A DNA stretch of 60,179 bases, filler included, from Sluysia triapertura (Eukaryota), in assembly GCA_046118255.1 (NCBI GenBank). It is 3 parts of 3 records of this genome, joined end to end, with 100 filler letters (N's around TTAATTAATTAA, not from the genome) between each part and the next. Parts side by side here need not be neighbours in the genome. Positions count along the whole stretch, not along the records: positions 1 to 21,833 come from JBJNIA010241769.1; 2 more parts are not named here. One strand, given 5' to 3'. Positions 1 to 12,469 of this stretch are shown here, piece after piece. The translations under genes were made by a program, and so were the position numbers. Within the stretch, counting starts at the first letter, position 1. Each line of letters starts with the position of its first letter. Below the pieces are notes generated by a model. That model was given only the letters and a program-made list of their open reading frames with translations, had not been told where the DNA came from and searched no databases.

Positions 1-350
1 TAAATTAATTAACAAATGTACTTTAATGTTTTAACAAATTAAACCTTTTACAGGGTTATTTTTTCGTATCTCTCATTGTTTTACTTTGATTAAAATATTC
101 TCTATAGTTATCTTACTATTTCAGTTCATCATAATGCCTCGACTTGGTTCTTTAATAACTTTCCACTTATACTGCTATCCTAAGTTTTGACCCTTCTATC
201 AACCCTTATTCTTCACTAATCCCAACAAATACATTATTTTTATTTATTTCCGAATAAATTGTTTACAATTAGTTTATTTTTAATACCTTTTATAGAAATA
301 TCGACAATACCATTTCAAGTAAACAATTTATCAACAACAAACAAACAAAC

Positions 351-536
351 CTTGAACTCGAAAATGTTTTCGCGACTTATAATGGCCATAAGTTCGATTA
401 AACTGTTCAATGTGGCTCCGTGTAATAACGGTGACTTCAACAATTCAATAATGGGTAGCAACAGCAAATTCCAGAACTGAAGCTCGACATCTTTACAATG
501 AAAATTCAGGAAGATCGTACAAAGAGAAATTGATAG
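351..536 (-). CDS. CAND1: CAND1 homologue, internal exon (gene continues off the left edge)
   Basis: ttattag|CTA acceptor, AAG|gtttgt donor, 62 open codons LSISLCTIFLNFHCKDVELQFWNLLLLPIIELLKSPLLHGATLNSLIELMAIISRENIFEFK; matches the recalled CAND1 segment LIGLVRSPLLQGGALSAMLDFF. Confidence 0.85.
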
Positions 537-604
537 CTAATAATAATAACTATTATTATAATTAAATAATACAATAATAATAATGTGCACTTATAATCAA
601 TCAA

Positions 605-770
605 ATATGCGTTTCCTGCGCAAAGTATTGAGTACATACACGTCGTGCACAAGTTTTGCACATCCTAACTTAATGTATTCCAATTTTGCCCGGTGGGTCT
701 GTGGTAAATAAATCTGTTCTTAAAAGTCGGTAGTGGTATATATCTTCACTGATTCGGATAGATCAGTTTG
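605..770 (-). mobile_element. Possible piggyBac transposase C-terminal Cys-rich domain remnant in a CAND1 intron
   Basis: Minus-strand translation ...DPPGKIGIH*VRMCKTCARRVCTQY resembles the piggyBac CRD pattern CPxKIxRKxRxxCxxCxRxVCxxH; stop-interrupted. Confidence 0.4.
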
Positions 771-1156
771 CTTTTTCATATTTGAAAGGTTTCCTTTTAG
801 TATTACTTTAATTTTAAAAATATAAGTACGGCATTTAAGAAGCTTAGCAAAATAATTATCGAAATAACAAACTAAATATGAAAACTTAATTTAACAAAAT
901 TGATAACACACTTTTGTGTGGGTGATACAATGAGTTTTGAGATTTCATTGTTTTATTACAAGATACTTTAAGGGATGCATCGAACTTTGCAGTTACAATT
1001 CCTTATGCAGATTCTTATTTCATGCACATTCAGCGCAGTTTCTACTTAGTGCTCGTGTATTTAACAATGCAAAGATAATCTATTTAAAGTTACACAATTC
1101 AATTTGGACGTATTTTTTAATCCTGATCGATATTTTCATAAAGAAAAATTTCACTA

Positions 1157-1629
1157 CAGTGGTGGCCAATTTATCAGACTAAAACAGGAAATTATGTTTT
1201 TCTCTCGCTTTCTTAATATTTTCTACCTTGGTCTGGAAACTCTCCAGACAAGAATCACATAGAAAATCTGTGGAAGATTATCAAAAGGAGAGTTTCTACC
1301 AGATGACAAGATCAAAGAATTGTGCCCCATGTTCATCGTGTCATGCACCTTTAAGGATAAGGAAATTATTGGATAACAAAGGAGGACAAACAAAGTAGTA
1401 CCGATACATAGTTTGTACATATTTGAAGTGTACTAAATTGTGTTATCACATTCTACATGAATATAATTTCTGTACAATTTTACGTTCACCGAATTTTTCA
1501 GAAAAAGTAAATGGCAGTAAATGGCATGTTTTTATAGACTTTTGATTAATAATTTCATAGTATCCTCAAAAAATGTTGAATTTTATCACAAAAATGGTTG
1601 TCTCTAGTCTAATAATTTGGCCACCACTG
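1157..1629 (+). mobile_element. Internally deleted Tc1-family DNA transposon
   Basis: TIRs CAGTGGTGGCCAATTTATCAGACTA / TAGTCTAATAATTTGGCCACCACTG, left flank TA; internal WSGNSPDKNHIENLWKIIKRRV (Tc1 WPxNSPDLNPIENLW motif) and C-terminal RIRKLLDNKGGQTK. Confidence 0.88.
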
Positions 1630-1662
1630 CAGATTTAAGAAAAAAGTACTGTTTAAACAAAC

Positions 1663-1754
1663 CTGAGCAACTTGTAAATCTAAATCTGATATCATCGGCG
1701 GAAGTAAGGGTAAAATATCCATTATTAATCTCGGTTGTTGGATCAAAACTTTAC
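1663..1754 (-). CDS. CAND1: CAND1 homologue, internal exon
   Basis: attaag|GT acceptor (phase 1), CAG|gtttgt donor (phase 0); (G)KVLIQQPRLIMDILPLLPPMISDLDLQVAQ matches CAND1 LDELPPLISESDMHVSQ; phases fit both neighbouring exons. Confidence 0.85.
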
Positions 1755-1845
1755 CTTAATAATTAATGGTTATAATAATTATAATAATTGTACAATTGTC
1801 AATCAAGTCTTTCTAAATCAAATGAAAATATTTCAACATTGCATT

Positions 1846-2310
1846 CAGGGTCGCATCTAGGATTTTGAGCGCCCCGGGTAAAACAAAATTTGGCGCCATT
1901 TCATACAAGAATATACAAATTTACTCCGAATTAAAAAATAGTAAAAAATGCAAAAAAAATCAAAATTACACAATAAAGAACTGTGCAAAATTTTATTTAT
2001 TTAAAAAATAATACAATAGTTATTTACTTATAAGCTATAAAACATATGGAATAACATAACGAGCACATTTGAAGTTTGAGCGAGAACTATGAAAAGTTAT
2101 TATTCCTGTTGCATATATAACAAGATTTTTTGTAATGCTATTTGTCAAAAATTAAATAACATAGTTAATAAAATTAATTTTTTTTGAAAATCAGTTTGTA
2201 AACAGTTTACAATGATCGATTTTAATTTATAAAATCTATAACAATATTTTAATTTTTACATCGAAGCCCCGGACAGTTATCTGTCTTGTCAGCCCCTTTA
2301 TCCGGTGTTG
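1846..2310. mobile_element. Non-autonomous hAT-type element (MITE)
   Basis: Starts CAGGGTCGCATCTAGG, ends CCCCTTTATCCGGTGTTG (degenerate TIRs), subterminal GCCCCGG motifs at both ends, 8-bp TSD ATTGCATT (1838-1845) / ATTTCATT (2311-2318) with 1 mismatch. Confidence 0.7.
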
Positions 2311-2761
2311 ATTTCATTAAGATCTCGTATTTTTAATACAAAATCACTCCATCAGAGCCTTCTTTTTCATTGTGTGTGTTATACATAATACATTATTCTC
2401 TACACCTATAAAAATCCATCATATTCCAGAATATAAAAAAGAAAAATTGATTTTTTGTTTAATATTATTGATTATCAATTTTCGACTATTTCAGATATCG
2501 AAATGCAGAAGAAACTTTCAATTTGGAAAATTTCTTCACGAAATATTACACAAGTTTTGGTAAACATAATAATTCGAAGCATTTTCGTAACATTTCAAAT
2601 TTACATCACCATCCAAGAACATACCATAATCTATGCTGCTACCTTATACTTATATCCAGGGTTATTTAAAAATACTAAAATAATGTGATTACCTATCCTA
2701 CTTATTTAGAAATTCTTTGCAATCAATACAACTGTTCTACAAAATGATAGAAGCGACTAAC

Positions 2762-2861
2762 CATAATTTATCCACAAAGATTCCAAACAACGCAGTGTTT
2801 CGGAACGCAATGTTCGATCATTTTTCGATAGAAACTGGGTAACATGAGAAACAATTAAAGG
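2762..2861 (-). CDS. CAND1: CAND1 homologue, internal exon (most 5' exon I can find)
   Basis: ttgcag|CCT acceptor (an alternative in-frame phase-2 acceptor lies about 30 nt upstream), G|gttagt donor; PLIVSHVTQFLSKNDRTLRSETLRCLESLWINY matches CAND1 VPILASFLRKNQRALKLGTLSALDILIKNY. Confidence 0.82.
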
Positions 2862-3331
2862 CTGCAATATAAACCAAGAGACATATGTTAATCTATTAAA
2901 TATAAATATTAAATCGTCTTTTCATCCCAAACTTCTTTTATTTTCTTACAAAAAATTAATTTTACGCGTGAATGCACATACACTAATTAAAATAAATTGA
3001 TTTTTCATAACAAATCAATTTAATATAAGTACAAAATCTAATAAATTCCTTGAGAAAAATAAAATATCCTTTTAATTTCAAAAAATAGAGTAAATTGATC
3101 TTATATTTTATAAAGATTTTGCATAATATTAATAATAATAATTTCAATTAAGCTTAGTAGCCTAGATTTGTGTACTTAAAAAAATACTTATACCCATTAT
3201 TAATTAATTTAATTAACATTATAAGGTTACGCAATAGAGTTAGATATAAATAGCATTGTAAGGGCAGTAATCAAATATTTTGGAGTAACTATTTTATCAG
3301 TACAATTAAAAAAATTGGTCACATATCGTTT

Positions 3332-3473
3332 NNNNNNNNNNNNNNNNNNNNNNNNNNNNNNNNNNNNNNNNNNNNNNNNNNNNNNNNNNNNNNNNNNNNN
3401 NNNNNNNNNNNNNNNNNNNNNNNNNNNNNNNNNNNNNNNNNNNNNNNNNNNNNNNNNNNNNNNNNNNNNNNNN
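3332..3473. other. Assembly gap (142 N)
   Basis: Run of N. Confidence 0.99.
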
Positions 3474-4013
3474 ATATTCTTTTTTCATAAAAACAGTCCA
3501 AATTTTCTTCAATTTCTTAAATTCTTCTGCTTCATCATTATCTAGTTGTTCCCAAAATGACTTCTTACAGTTAAAGTTATAGACGAATACTCCTTTACTT
3601 TATTTATATTTAAAATATCGGATTCCTTCCTAAATTCTGTCATGTTTTCCGTCTTCTCTTCAAGTTACACACCCACATGAACATCATTTCGACCAGCGTA
3701 TAGAATAAACTTAATTATATCACAACTAGTTATTTCATTTCCATATCGTGGAACGAATGCTAATGGATGCTATGTCGAACGTGGATCATTATCTTTGAAA
3801 TCGTGTTTGTATATTTCATTTGATTTCATAGTGATATATTTTCGGAAATATTTTCAATTGATCAATCTGTTTTTCAAATGAATTAGTAATATTTAATGAC
3901 GCCGTATTAACTTCTTGTGATATTGGTTTATATTTTTGTGACTGCTTAGGTAGTGGCAGACGTCGAGTTGATGAATTTGGTGGTTTTATTTGTGGAGATG
4001 ATAATGATGACAT
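3474..4013 (-). pseudogene. Decayed ORF, unidentified (possibly retroelement ORF1)
   Basis: MSSLSSPQIKPP... then a shifted frame MKSNEIYKHDFKD..*HPLAFVPRYGNE...FWEQLDNDEAEEFKKLKKIWTVFMKKEY with only two stops in about 120 codons, running into the gap. Confidence 0.35.
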
Positions 4014-4926
4014 TGTTTGTGATGATGTATTGTTTGTGATGAAGTATATTTTTCATTAATATTTGATTTAAAATAATATTAAAAAATAAAAAAATACGAA
4101 ACAGAGTTGTGATAGAGACTTACTGAAGTTAGAGGTGTTAAGAGAAATTCTATTTAAATTTAAAATACAAATTAAATAATTTTTGATGTAATGAATGGTT
4201 CAGATGTAAAAATATGATTTTTAGTGTAGTTTGATGTATTAAAATTTTGTGTGAAGAAGTTGGACATCACATTCAACAGTTAATGTATTTACTACTGTAT
4301 TGTAAAAAACATCAAAAACCTAAATATATCGTGATAAAACTAAGATACTAACAAAGTTTATAATACTTGAGTCCAATAGCGTAAACTATCAGGAAGATAT
4401 ACTGTACTAGAGGATGCTCGGTAGGAGTTAATATATTATACACTGCTAATTTTAATACTGTTCGTTTATAGAGGCAGCATATTTTTTATTAAAAAAATTT
4501 TTCAAGTCGATATATTAAAAATAAAATAAAAAGTTACGCGTCATATTATATATTAGTTAATATATAAAGAGACTGCAAAGCGAAAATCAACACAACCATT
4601 TTTCAATCATTTAACAAGTCATTTAAGCGTCACATCAAACATTCTCTTAGTTAAAAGTCTGACTGATTCGGATTCAGAAGACTTTGAAATTTGGTTAATC
4701 ACAATTCAGAAGATATTTAAAATTTAATTATTCGCTATTCGGATTCTCAACATATTCAATTGGAACTTATTCACTACTCCTATTTTTTATATATTCCATG
4801 GCCGTTAGCTTTTTATTATAGGTTTCAGTTTCACTTAGGTAAAACTCAAAATGAACGAAAAACCTATAAATTCGCGATTGTGTTAGCACAATCTTAAATT
4901 AATTTTAAAATATATTTGATCAATAA

Positions 4927-5042
4927 GTTGGGCCTAAAGTGCCATGTAGTATAATGGACTATAGTAATATAAAAATTGTTAGACGTGGCAGCAAGAGGTC
5001 CCGGGTTCGATCCCGGGCCAGTCAATTTTATGAAGTCTAACA
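4927..5042 (+). mobile_element. tRNA-containing short dispersed element, copy 1 (5' half of the tRNA part deleted)
   Basis: GTTGGGCCTAA...AATTGTTAGACGTGGC..GAGGTCCCGGGTTCGATCCCGGGCCAGTC ATTTTATGAAGTCTAACA; B-box retained; homologous to 5737-5857 and 56258-56417. Confidence 0.75.
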
Positions 5043-5736
5043 CTTATATTATTTTATATATATTTTTGTACTAAGTTATTGTTCGAAGTCAAGTTGTATC
5101 TAATTCATTATATGTTTACAGTTTTGTTATTTAGTATTCAAAGTTAAGTGTATATTCACATATTTAAATTTCATAATAAACGTTCGTATTGTTAACAAAT
5201 TCTTGATTTTAATAAGTAAAGTAGTGATATACCCTCAAAATTAAGTAAGGATTTAATTTTCGTCGTATTTTTACTACTACTACATCTTTAAGTTTAAGAT
5301 GTAGATTGTAAACGAACCCAAAGCATAAAATAATATTTTGCTATGTAAGTTTAAGTAAAAGAAAATAAATACCACAGAAAGTTTATCGTATATTTTCTGC
5401 TTCGTATTCTGATGATTTTGGTATAAATTAGTAGACATAGAGGATAAAGAATATAAATTAGTTGCTGTCGCGCATTTTTGAAACAATTGATTATCTGAGT
5501 GATTTAGGCATTATTTACATTACTTTATTCAACTGAATTACTTTCACTAATCTTTTCGAGCTTTTTAACTGTTTCTAAAAATTTAGGATCTGATAAGTTT
5601 CTGTGAGTTTTTCCTGATATGTAATTATTTACAGATAGAGGAGAAAATTATTTAAATGTAATAACAATAATGATACTAAAAATTATAACAATGATAAAAA
5701 TAACAGTAAATAACAATAATAATGGTAAAATGATAA

Positions 5737-5857
5737 TATTAGACTTTGTAAAATGGACTGACCAGAGATCGAACCCGCGATCTTTCGATGCTCTAACAAT
5801 TTTATTTTATTATAGTAAATATTATCATCATGGCACATTAGGCTTTTTACCCCAACA
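5737..5857 (-). mobile_element. tRNA-containing short dispersed element, copy 2
   Basis: Reverse complement TGTTGGGG..GCCTAA..CATG..AAATTGTTAGAGCATCGAA..GGGTTCGATCTCTGGTCAGTCCATTTTACAAAGTCTAATA; flanked by ATAA on both sides (possible 4-bp TSD). Confidence 0.72.
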
Positions 5858-6539
5858 ATAATACAGGAAAACTGGTACGAATAAACATAAAGCAAAAGAC
5901 AATGAATAAAATTCGTGAATAAAACAATAAAAACACGATTATTATTATTATTATTAATTATGTTTTTATAGATATGGAAGAAAAAGATTTTTGTGCGTTA
6001 ACGTAAGCGACATAGAAAAGTGAGGATTAAAAATGTTATTTATTTGTCGAAAGTGTGTTATTTTGGAATTAGTTTCTTACAAATAATTACTGATATTTGG
6101 GCTAAATACTTATCTGATGCATGATAATATTGGTTGCAAAGTGTTTTCTTATTTACATATTTTTATGTGAGTATGTGATATAAAATTTAGATTATGGGAT
6201 GGACCACTAGATAGGGTATTCGCAGAAAATGAAATAAAAATATTATGTACTCCAAAAAATAGAATTGTATTGTCAATAAAAGATTGTAGACCTCAAAAAA
6301 TAAAATTAAAGAAATTAAATTAATAATAAATAAAATCAAAATGCTACTCAATGTACGGATCTAAGTAGTAGGGGATTTCCTAAAAATAAAATACAAATAT
6401 TATAAATTCCAAAAATAAAATCAAATTGTCAATAAAAGGACTTAAACCCAAAATAAGTACAATTAATTAAATTAATATTAAAATAACTCAAAATATTACA
6501 AAATACATAACTCTTCTTACTTCGCAGTTTCAAATTATT

Positions 6540-6680
6540 TATTCTGATTTAAAATTCTTAAGTATTCATTTTTATACTTTATCATCATTCAATCATTCTT
6601 GATTTCCACAATCAAACCTTTGAGAATTAAACCGACAATAACTTTGACAGTTTCATGGTAAAGTTCGTCAAACATTATTA
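6540..6680. repeat. Old dispersed repeat, related to about 50735-50850
   Basis: Shared AAGTATTCATTTTTATACTTTATCATCATTCAATCATTC / AGGTATTCATTTTTATATTTTTTCATCATCAAATCATTC and GACAATAACTTTGACAGTTTCATGG / GACAATAATAACTTTGATAGTTACATGG blocks. Confidence 0.5.
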
Positions 6681-9600
6681 GGTACGGAACACAAAAATTT
6701 GATTAATAATCAACGATTATTTTCCTTAACTCTACTCAATCTTAAATTACTTCTCACAATAAAACAACAATCACTAGTATTGTTAATATACATAAAAATA
6801 ATGAATTTAATTTTTTTTTTAGAATTTAATTGATTTTCAATTTTTCAAACCTAATTTTCTAATGAAAATGATATGTGGTTTCATAATGAAAGTCTAGGGT
6901 TACAATTCTTTTGATAATTAAGAGTATGCCTGAGATCCGAGTCTTACTCAATTAAGGGTTCTTCCACAGGAATTTAAAGATAAAATTACGGAGGTGCCAG
7001 TAAACTTATTAATAAAAAACGATTACTTTGTTATTGTGATACACTATCATAAATTAAAGTCCGAATGATTAACTTTCGCTTATAACTTAACTAGAACCGG
7101 GTTTGATTCGAGTTTATTAAAACTCGCTAACTCTCTGTCCTCGTATTATTGAGGTTTAATTATTGTTGATTTTGTAATCTTATTTAAACAGGATTTAAAA
7201 AATGATTTTATTACCGTATTTAAACCGGTATGAAAACAATTTTATATAAACAACTTATTTTTAGAATTTAGAACTTCATAATGTAGTTTTCATATTTTAC
7301 GTCCCAGGAAAATAGTCTTTGGGAGTTTTGACAATTGAACAAAATGATTTAAAAAATCAATGTATATATTTGGTAAATATAATAGAAAGAAAAATTTATA
7401 TCAGGAATGAAACAGTATTGTAATTTAAAGTAAATTAAATGTATTTAAATTTAAAATAAATTTTTACCGACCTTAAATGAATTTAAGATTTTGAGCTATT
7501 TTAAACATAGCAAAACTTAATAATATATAACTTACGTTTTAATCTTAATGTTTTTAGCCGGTTTAGGATCGATGATAGTTGGATTAATACTGAATTGAAT
7601 CGAATAAAAAATTAAACGATGTATATCAATAAAATGTCGAACAAATATGAATTCAAGAAAATTGTGGAGAACTGTAATATAATGAAAAAGGTTTACAAAT
7701 TGATAATATTTCGAAAATACTAAAAAAATAATTATATTTATGTTCAAATTTTTTTGTGTGATAAATGTGCGTATTAATTATTCTACTTTTATTCGCCAAT
7801 AAACATACTCTGGGTATTTACGTACATTCCGTATTAATTTCTTATGAGTACAGTGTACTCTTTGTTTTTGATAAATTTAGGCTACAAAGCCTGATTAAAT
7901 TATTATTGTTATTATTATAAAAATTATTATTATTATTACAGTAGAATACTATTGTTATTATATTTACTATTATTATCGTTTTATTATTATATTATTTACA
8001 ATTTATTATCATTATTATTATTGTCATTATTGTTATTATTAAAATTATTATTAAAGAGTAAGTTTTTATCTTTAACAAATGTTCTTATTCTCTAACAAAC
8101 CTCTACACAGACATTTCAGACTCATTTCTAGATTCTGCTGTCCCAAAGCAATTATCTCGTATTTAATTCATTATCTTTTCATCATGCTAAGTATAAATTT
8201 TTTATTAGATTTATTTAATGTTTTGATTTTCATCGTGACAATGAAGCAATGTTACTTAGCAAACTATAAATTATTAAGCAAATGATGGTATATTCAGAAC
8301 TTAAATACTATTCATTACTTATGATGGCTCATTAAATTCATTTGAAATTATTTTCAAAGCAATAATCTTGTAAATGAAAATTTTATTTCTCATTACTATG
8401 AGACAATGAATATTTCGGAAGTCCAGCTTGACAAAGTCGAATCATGACTTTAATGCGTTTATATATACTATTCCACATTTGATTATATATACAAATTCCT
8501 TTATTTACTGATGTCATAATTTTGTGCTTAGCATTAGTTCAGCTTTATCTTTGTTGTGTTTAGCTTACCCAATGCTACATGCTTGTTCAACGTAATATGA
8601 TAGATGTTAAGTTTTTATATTGATTTGCTGTGGTGGTTTTATCTCCCCAATTAAGCTACTCTCTTTGAATCAGATAAAAAACAGCTTTCTTTTCAAGCCT
8701 ATAGAATGACTTATAAAAATAAGCTTTCTATCATCTTTTTTAGACCTAGCAAACATGACAACCTAAATATAACCCGGAATTATCTAACAAAAGTTACAAG
8801 ATCCCTTCATTTTATATTATATTTCTAAAATGATGCGTTTAATTTAATTTTTTGGGACTTTGACCAATATCAAAATTCTTCTTTCTATAAACTCATAGAG
8901 AAGTATGTATGTATCAAAAATCATACTATAAAATAACAAAGCTTTTAGAGATAATATAAAATTTACAATGGAAAGTATAACTTAAACATATGCTTTAAGA
9001 TTTTAGTAATTAATTTCAAAACTTTTTAAACGTCTTTTACAAATCTAGCTATAAAAATATTGCTTATATTTTAATTCTATGTAGATAAAACTAATGTCAT
9101 AATTTCGAAAGTATTTCATTTGTTTAATGTAAATGACTAACTCGTAAGTCAAAATTGATTTTCAACATGTAAAAGAAAATTTGTGAATAATAAAAAAATA
9201 ATTTGAACATAATTATTTTGTTTATGAGTTGAAAACAAACTTTTAATAACGTCATTTTTATTGTAATTTTGTTGTTCATACTGTTGTGTTTTTATCTTTT
9301 GTAAACTCTTTAAATTTTAAAAGACAATTGAATGAGTCTCAATCTCAATATATTACAACTATATCAAGTATATCACAATAAAAATCAAATAATGATTAAG
9401 TCAATATAACACAGTCTTTTACGACAATTAATAAAATAAAATTCAATTACAAATCACAACACAAATAAATGTTAGTACCCAGAATTCAATAAATAAATAA
9501 TAAAAGCTCAAGACTCAACTAACCACAAATAAGTTGGTTCTTTTAGTAAAATTTAGTCCGATTTCAAAAGAATTTTAAGGTTCAATCAGTGTTTGTCATT

Positions 9601-10228
9601 ATTGTGTTGAATCAGACTTCTTACAGCAAAAGTTAGAATAATTTTCCATTTTTTTTGTATGAATGATTCAAAAATGTTCTTTATATAGTGTTTGGATAAT
9701 TGCTAGAAAGGCGGGAATTCAACTTAATGATTGCTTAATTCTTAGAGTCGGTTTTATGTCGACCAATTTTATTAATCAAATTTGAACATAAATTTCCGTT
9801 ATTAATATTGTCTAGTAATTATCCAAAGATAATTGCTAAAAATCTCTTTTGGACATAATAAAATTAAAATTTTATTATAATAATTTTTAGTTATAATAAT
9901 TTTAGTTATAATAATACTATAATAATAAAATTAACTTAAATTGAATAAAAATCTAATCAAATAAAAAACTAGTTTTCAATAATAACTGTCCGTTGCTTGA
10001 AAGTTTAAAAATTCGGTCTGGAGTCCATCGATTACTGACTTTTATGTTGCGCCAATGTTTATGTTCGTTTGCGCAGTTTTTGATGGTCGGAAATGAAATT
10101 TGTTACGACGTTGCACTTAATCTTTCATATTCGTAATTTAAGACATTTTGAAACACACATATACAACGATAATAATTTTTTAAAATGTAATAACACACAA
10201 ATGAAAAGGAAACTCGGGTACATTTATC

Positions 10229-10275
10229 GAGGGCCGCAAATAATCCTCCAAAGAGCCGCAGTTTGGCCAGCCCTG
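10229..10275. mobile_element. hAT (Charlie-like) transposon terminus
   Basis: GGGCCGCA...GAGCCGCAGTTTGGCCAGCCCTG is the typical hAT/Charlie end pattern; the other end was not found. Confidence 0.5.
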
Positions 10276-10353
10276 TTGTATAAGTAAGTCCGAAATTTTA
10301 TAATATTAATGGTGTGATTCAAACAAACTAAGTCATCTCTGGAAGTAATTAAA

Positions 10354-11745
10354 TCAATTTGGTAAATTTATTTTGTGTTCTTGATACCAATTTAGGAAAA
10401 TTGGTTCATTGGCCGGATAAGGATTTGGTGATATTGTTTTATAGTAAATTAGTAAAGTTATGTTATGGTCCTTACATTTGTTTGATAAGAGTTTATTACT
10501 TGATATAAAATTATAGCACTGAAATTTGATAAGGTTAACATTAATAAGGTTATCATTGAGTGGTTGTGAATACATAAGTTCGTAATTCGTAAGACTCTTA
10601 TTTCGTGGAAATTTTTAAAATTAAAATTATTTCTTATTACATCATCGACAGAATATTTATAAAACACACAAAAATAAATTTTTATTAATTTATAGACTGA
10701 GTAAATAAAACAATTAATTTTTATCTAACACGAAAGTTAAATTTATTTTTTTGGCTGCACCCCGCTGTACTTCAGTAGGCCTCGCACTGGAATCATGGTC
10801 TAAAAAAATTAGAATATAGAAATAAAAAAGTGGACAAGAAAAATAAAAATTTACTAGAAATGTCGTTTCACCATGGTCATCATCGTCTCCATTTTGAAAA
10901 AGCTTGATATTCTTGGATCTTCTTATGGCACGACGTGTATCTGTTTGAACGAATTTAACTCGAACAAGACGACGTATTTCAAATTTGAAATTTGATCGTA
11001 ACATAATTTAGTCGTGCGCAGGATCGTGAAGATAAACATTTATCATAAAAATTAGAATAAGATTAGCTGAGATATCCGGAATACTTTCCTCAGTTGTACT
11101 GATTCGAATATCAACTATACAGATGGCTTTATTTTGTTGAATTTTGCTCAATTTAACTGAATAAATCAAATCATATAAACTATTAGAAACAACGCCCTTC
11201 TGAATCGTATATCTAATTTGAACCAAAATAAACTTTAATTTATTAAATTTAGGATCCTCATATACTAAAAATAACGTTAATTTTAAACCGGACTCTTTGA
11301 AAATTATAGGTAAAATGATGAGATCTATTAAGCATTTTATTTGTACATGATATATTACTGAATAATTTTTCAATCTAGCATCGATTGCATTTATTGATTT
11401 AGTTTCGTTCGATACTTTTAAAGGTTTTAATCTATACCATAGAGCTGAATCGTATAACTTTAAGCTTAAAGTAGGTTCAAATCTTGAAATAGTAATTGAT
11501 AATGAATATGACGAATTAACAACAGTATTATCATAGATAATTCTCAATTGTTGCGAATATTGATTTATTAATGACGACACAATCATAATATCATCATTTT
11601 CATTCAGATAAAACGTTACTAGTAACTTTAAGGTTATAGTGTCTTTCGGAAACTCGTTCCAAGATAAAACTATGATATGACCAACAATTTGAAAGTGATC
11701 ATAAAGGAATTTTATTGTTTGTTTAATTATCATCAGGATCATCAA
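10354..11745 (-). pseudogene. Decayed cadherin/protocadherin-like ectodomain ORF
   Basis: ORFs 11008-11745 and 10714-11004 share one frame separated by a single TAA; cadherin-like spacing: WNEFPKDT, INAIDARLKNYSVIYHV, ESGLKL, CIVDIRI..ESIP, INLTFVLDKN, ANEPIF; stops and frameshifts below 10714; Ca-binding motifs degenerate. Confidence 0.45.
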
Positions 11746-11840
11746 TCTTAAAATTAATATCCGAGAATTTTTATTGCTTAAATGTAGCTAAAATTGATTA
11801 TTGCTAGTAGTAGTAATAATAATTCTTTTGTGATGATGAC

Positions 11841-11920
11841 TATTGGTTGGTCATCCAATCAGAATTCTGGTAAGAACAGTTCAATAAAATCTATCCTGAT
11901 TGGATGACGTCAATTCAATA
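11841..11920. promoter_or_regulatory. Inverted CCAAT-box pair forming a hairpin, with overlapping CRE site
   Basis: Perfect 13-bp inverted repeat GTCATCCAATCAG (11850-11862) / CTGATTGGATGAC (11896-11908); TGACGTCA at 11905-11912. Confidence 0.4.
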
Positions 11921-12469
11921 GATTAACTATGATGATGTATTAATGGACTAACCACTATCAGTATTATATTAATTAAAATGTATTGATGAAAATTATCTAG
12001 TGACAGTGGTAGATACTAATTTAATGAATTTATAAAATTTATATTTTAATAAAATTATTAAAATTTTGTAACACTAATAATAAAATAATGTTATTATTAT
12101 TAATGTTATTTTGTTTCAAAATAATATAATTAATACAATGCACAAATTCTTATCTTTTTTGTTAACATAATCTTTTGATTTCTTTGATTTCTCAAAATAT
12201 TATAAATTGAAATGGAATGGAAAAAACGATAAAAATGAATGCAATAAATTTAAAATGTGTTTGGAACTAAACTTTCTGAGTAGAAATTTATTTGAATGAA
12301 TTGATAAGTGCAGTTAACATTCCAAGATGTAATATTTGATTTAAGTCGTGAAATGAAATAGAGAATTTTAGATGGTGATTAAAGTTCATAATTGAAAATG
12401 ACATTTAAGTATTGGAAGATCGTAAATAAAAGACCTATTTATGAGTGTAGTTTGGTAAACGTAAAAAGG

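Noticed and set aside
259-480. Plus-strand 73-aa ORF (likewise 26780-26995)
   Set aside because: Antisense shadow of a real minus-strand exon.
4600-4710. ESESVRLLT as a diverged CAND1 NEITRL exon
   Set aside because: No usable splice sites, and an in-frame stop follows.
10714-11745. Alternative genetic code or stop reassignment to explain in-frame stops
   Set aside because: Real exons in the window are stop-free and use CAA/CAG and TGG normally; the interrupted frames also contain frameshifts, which indicates decay.
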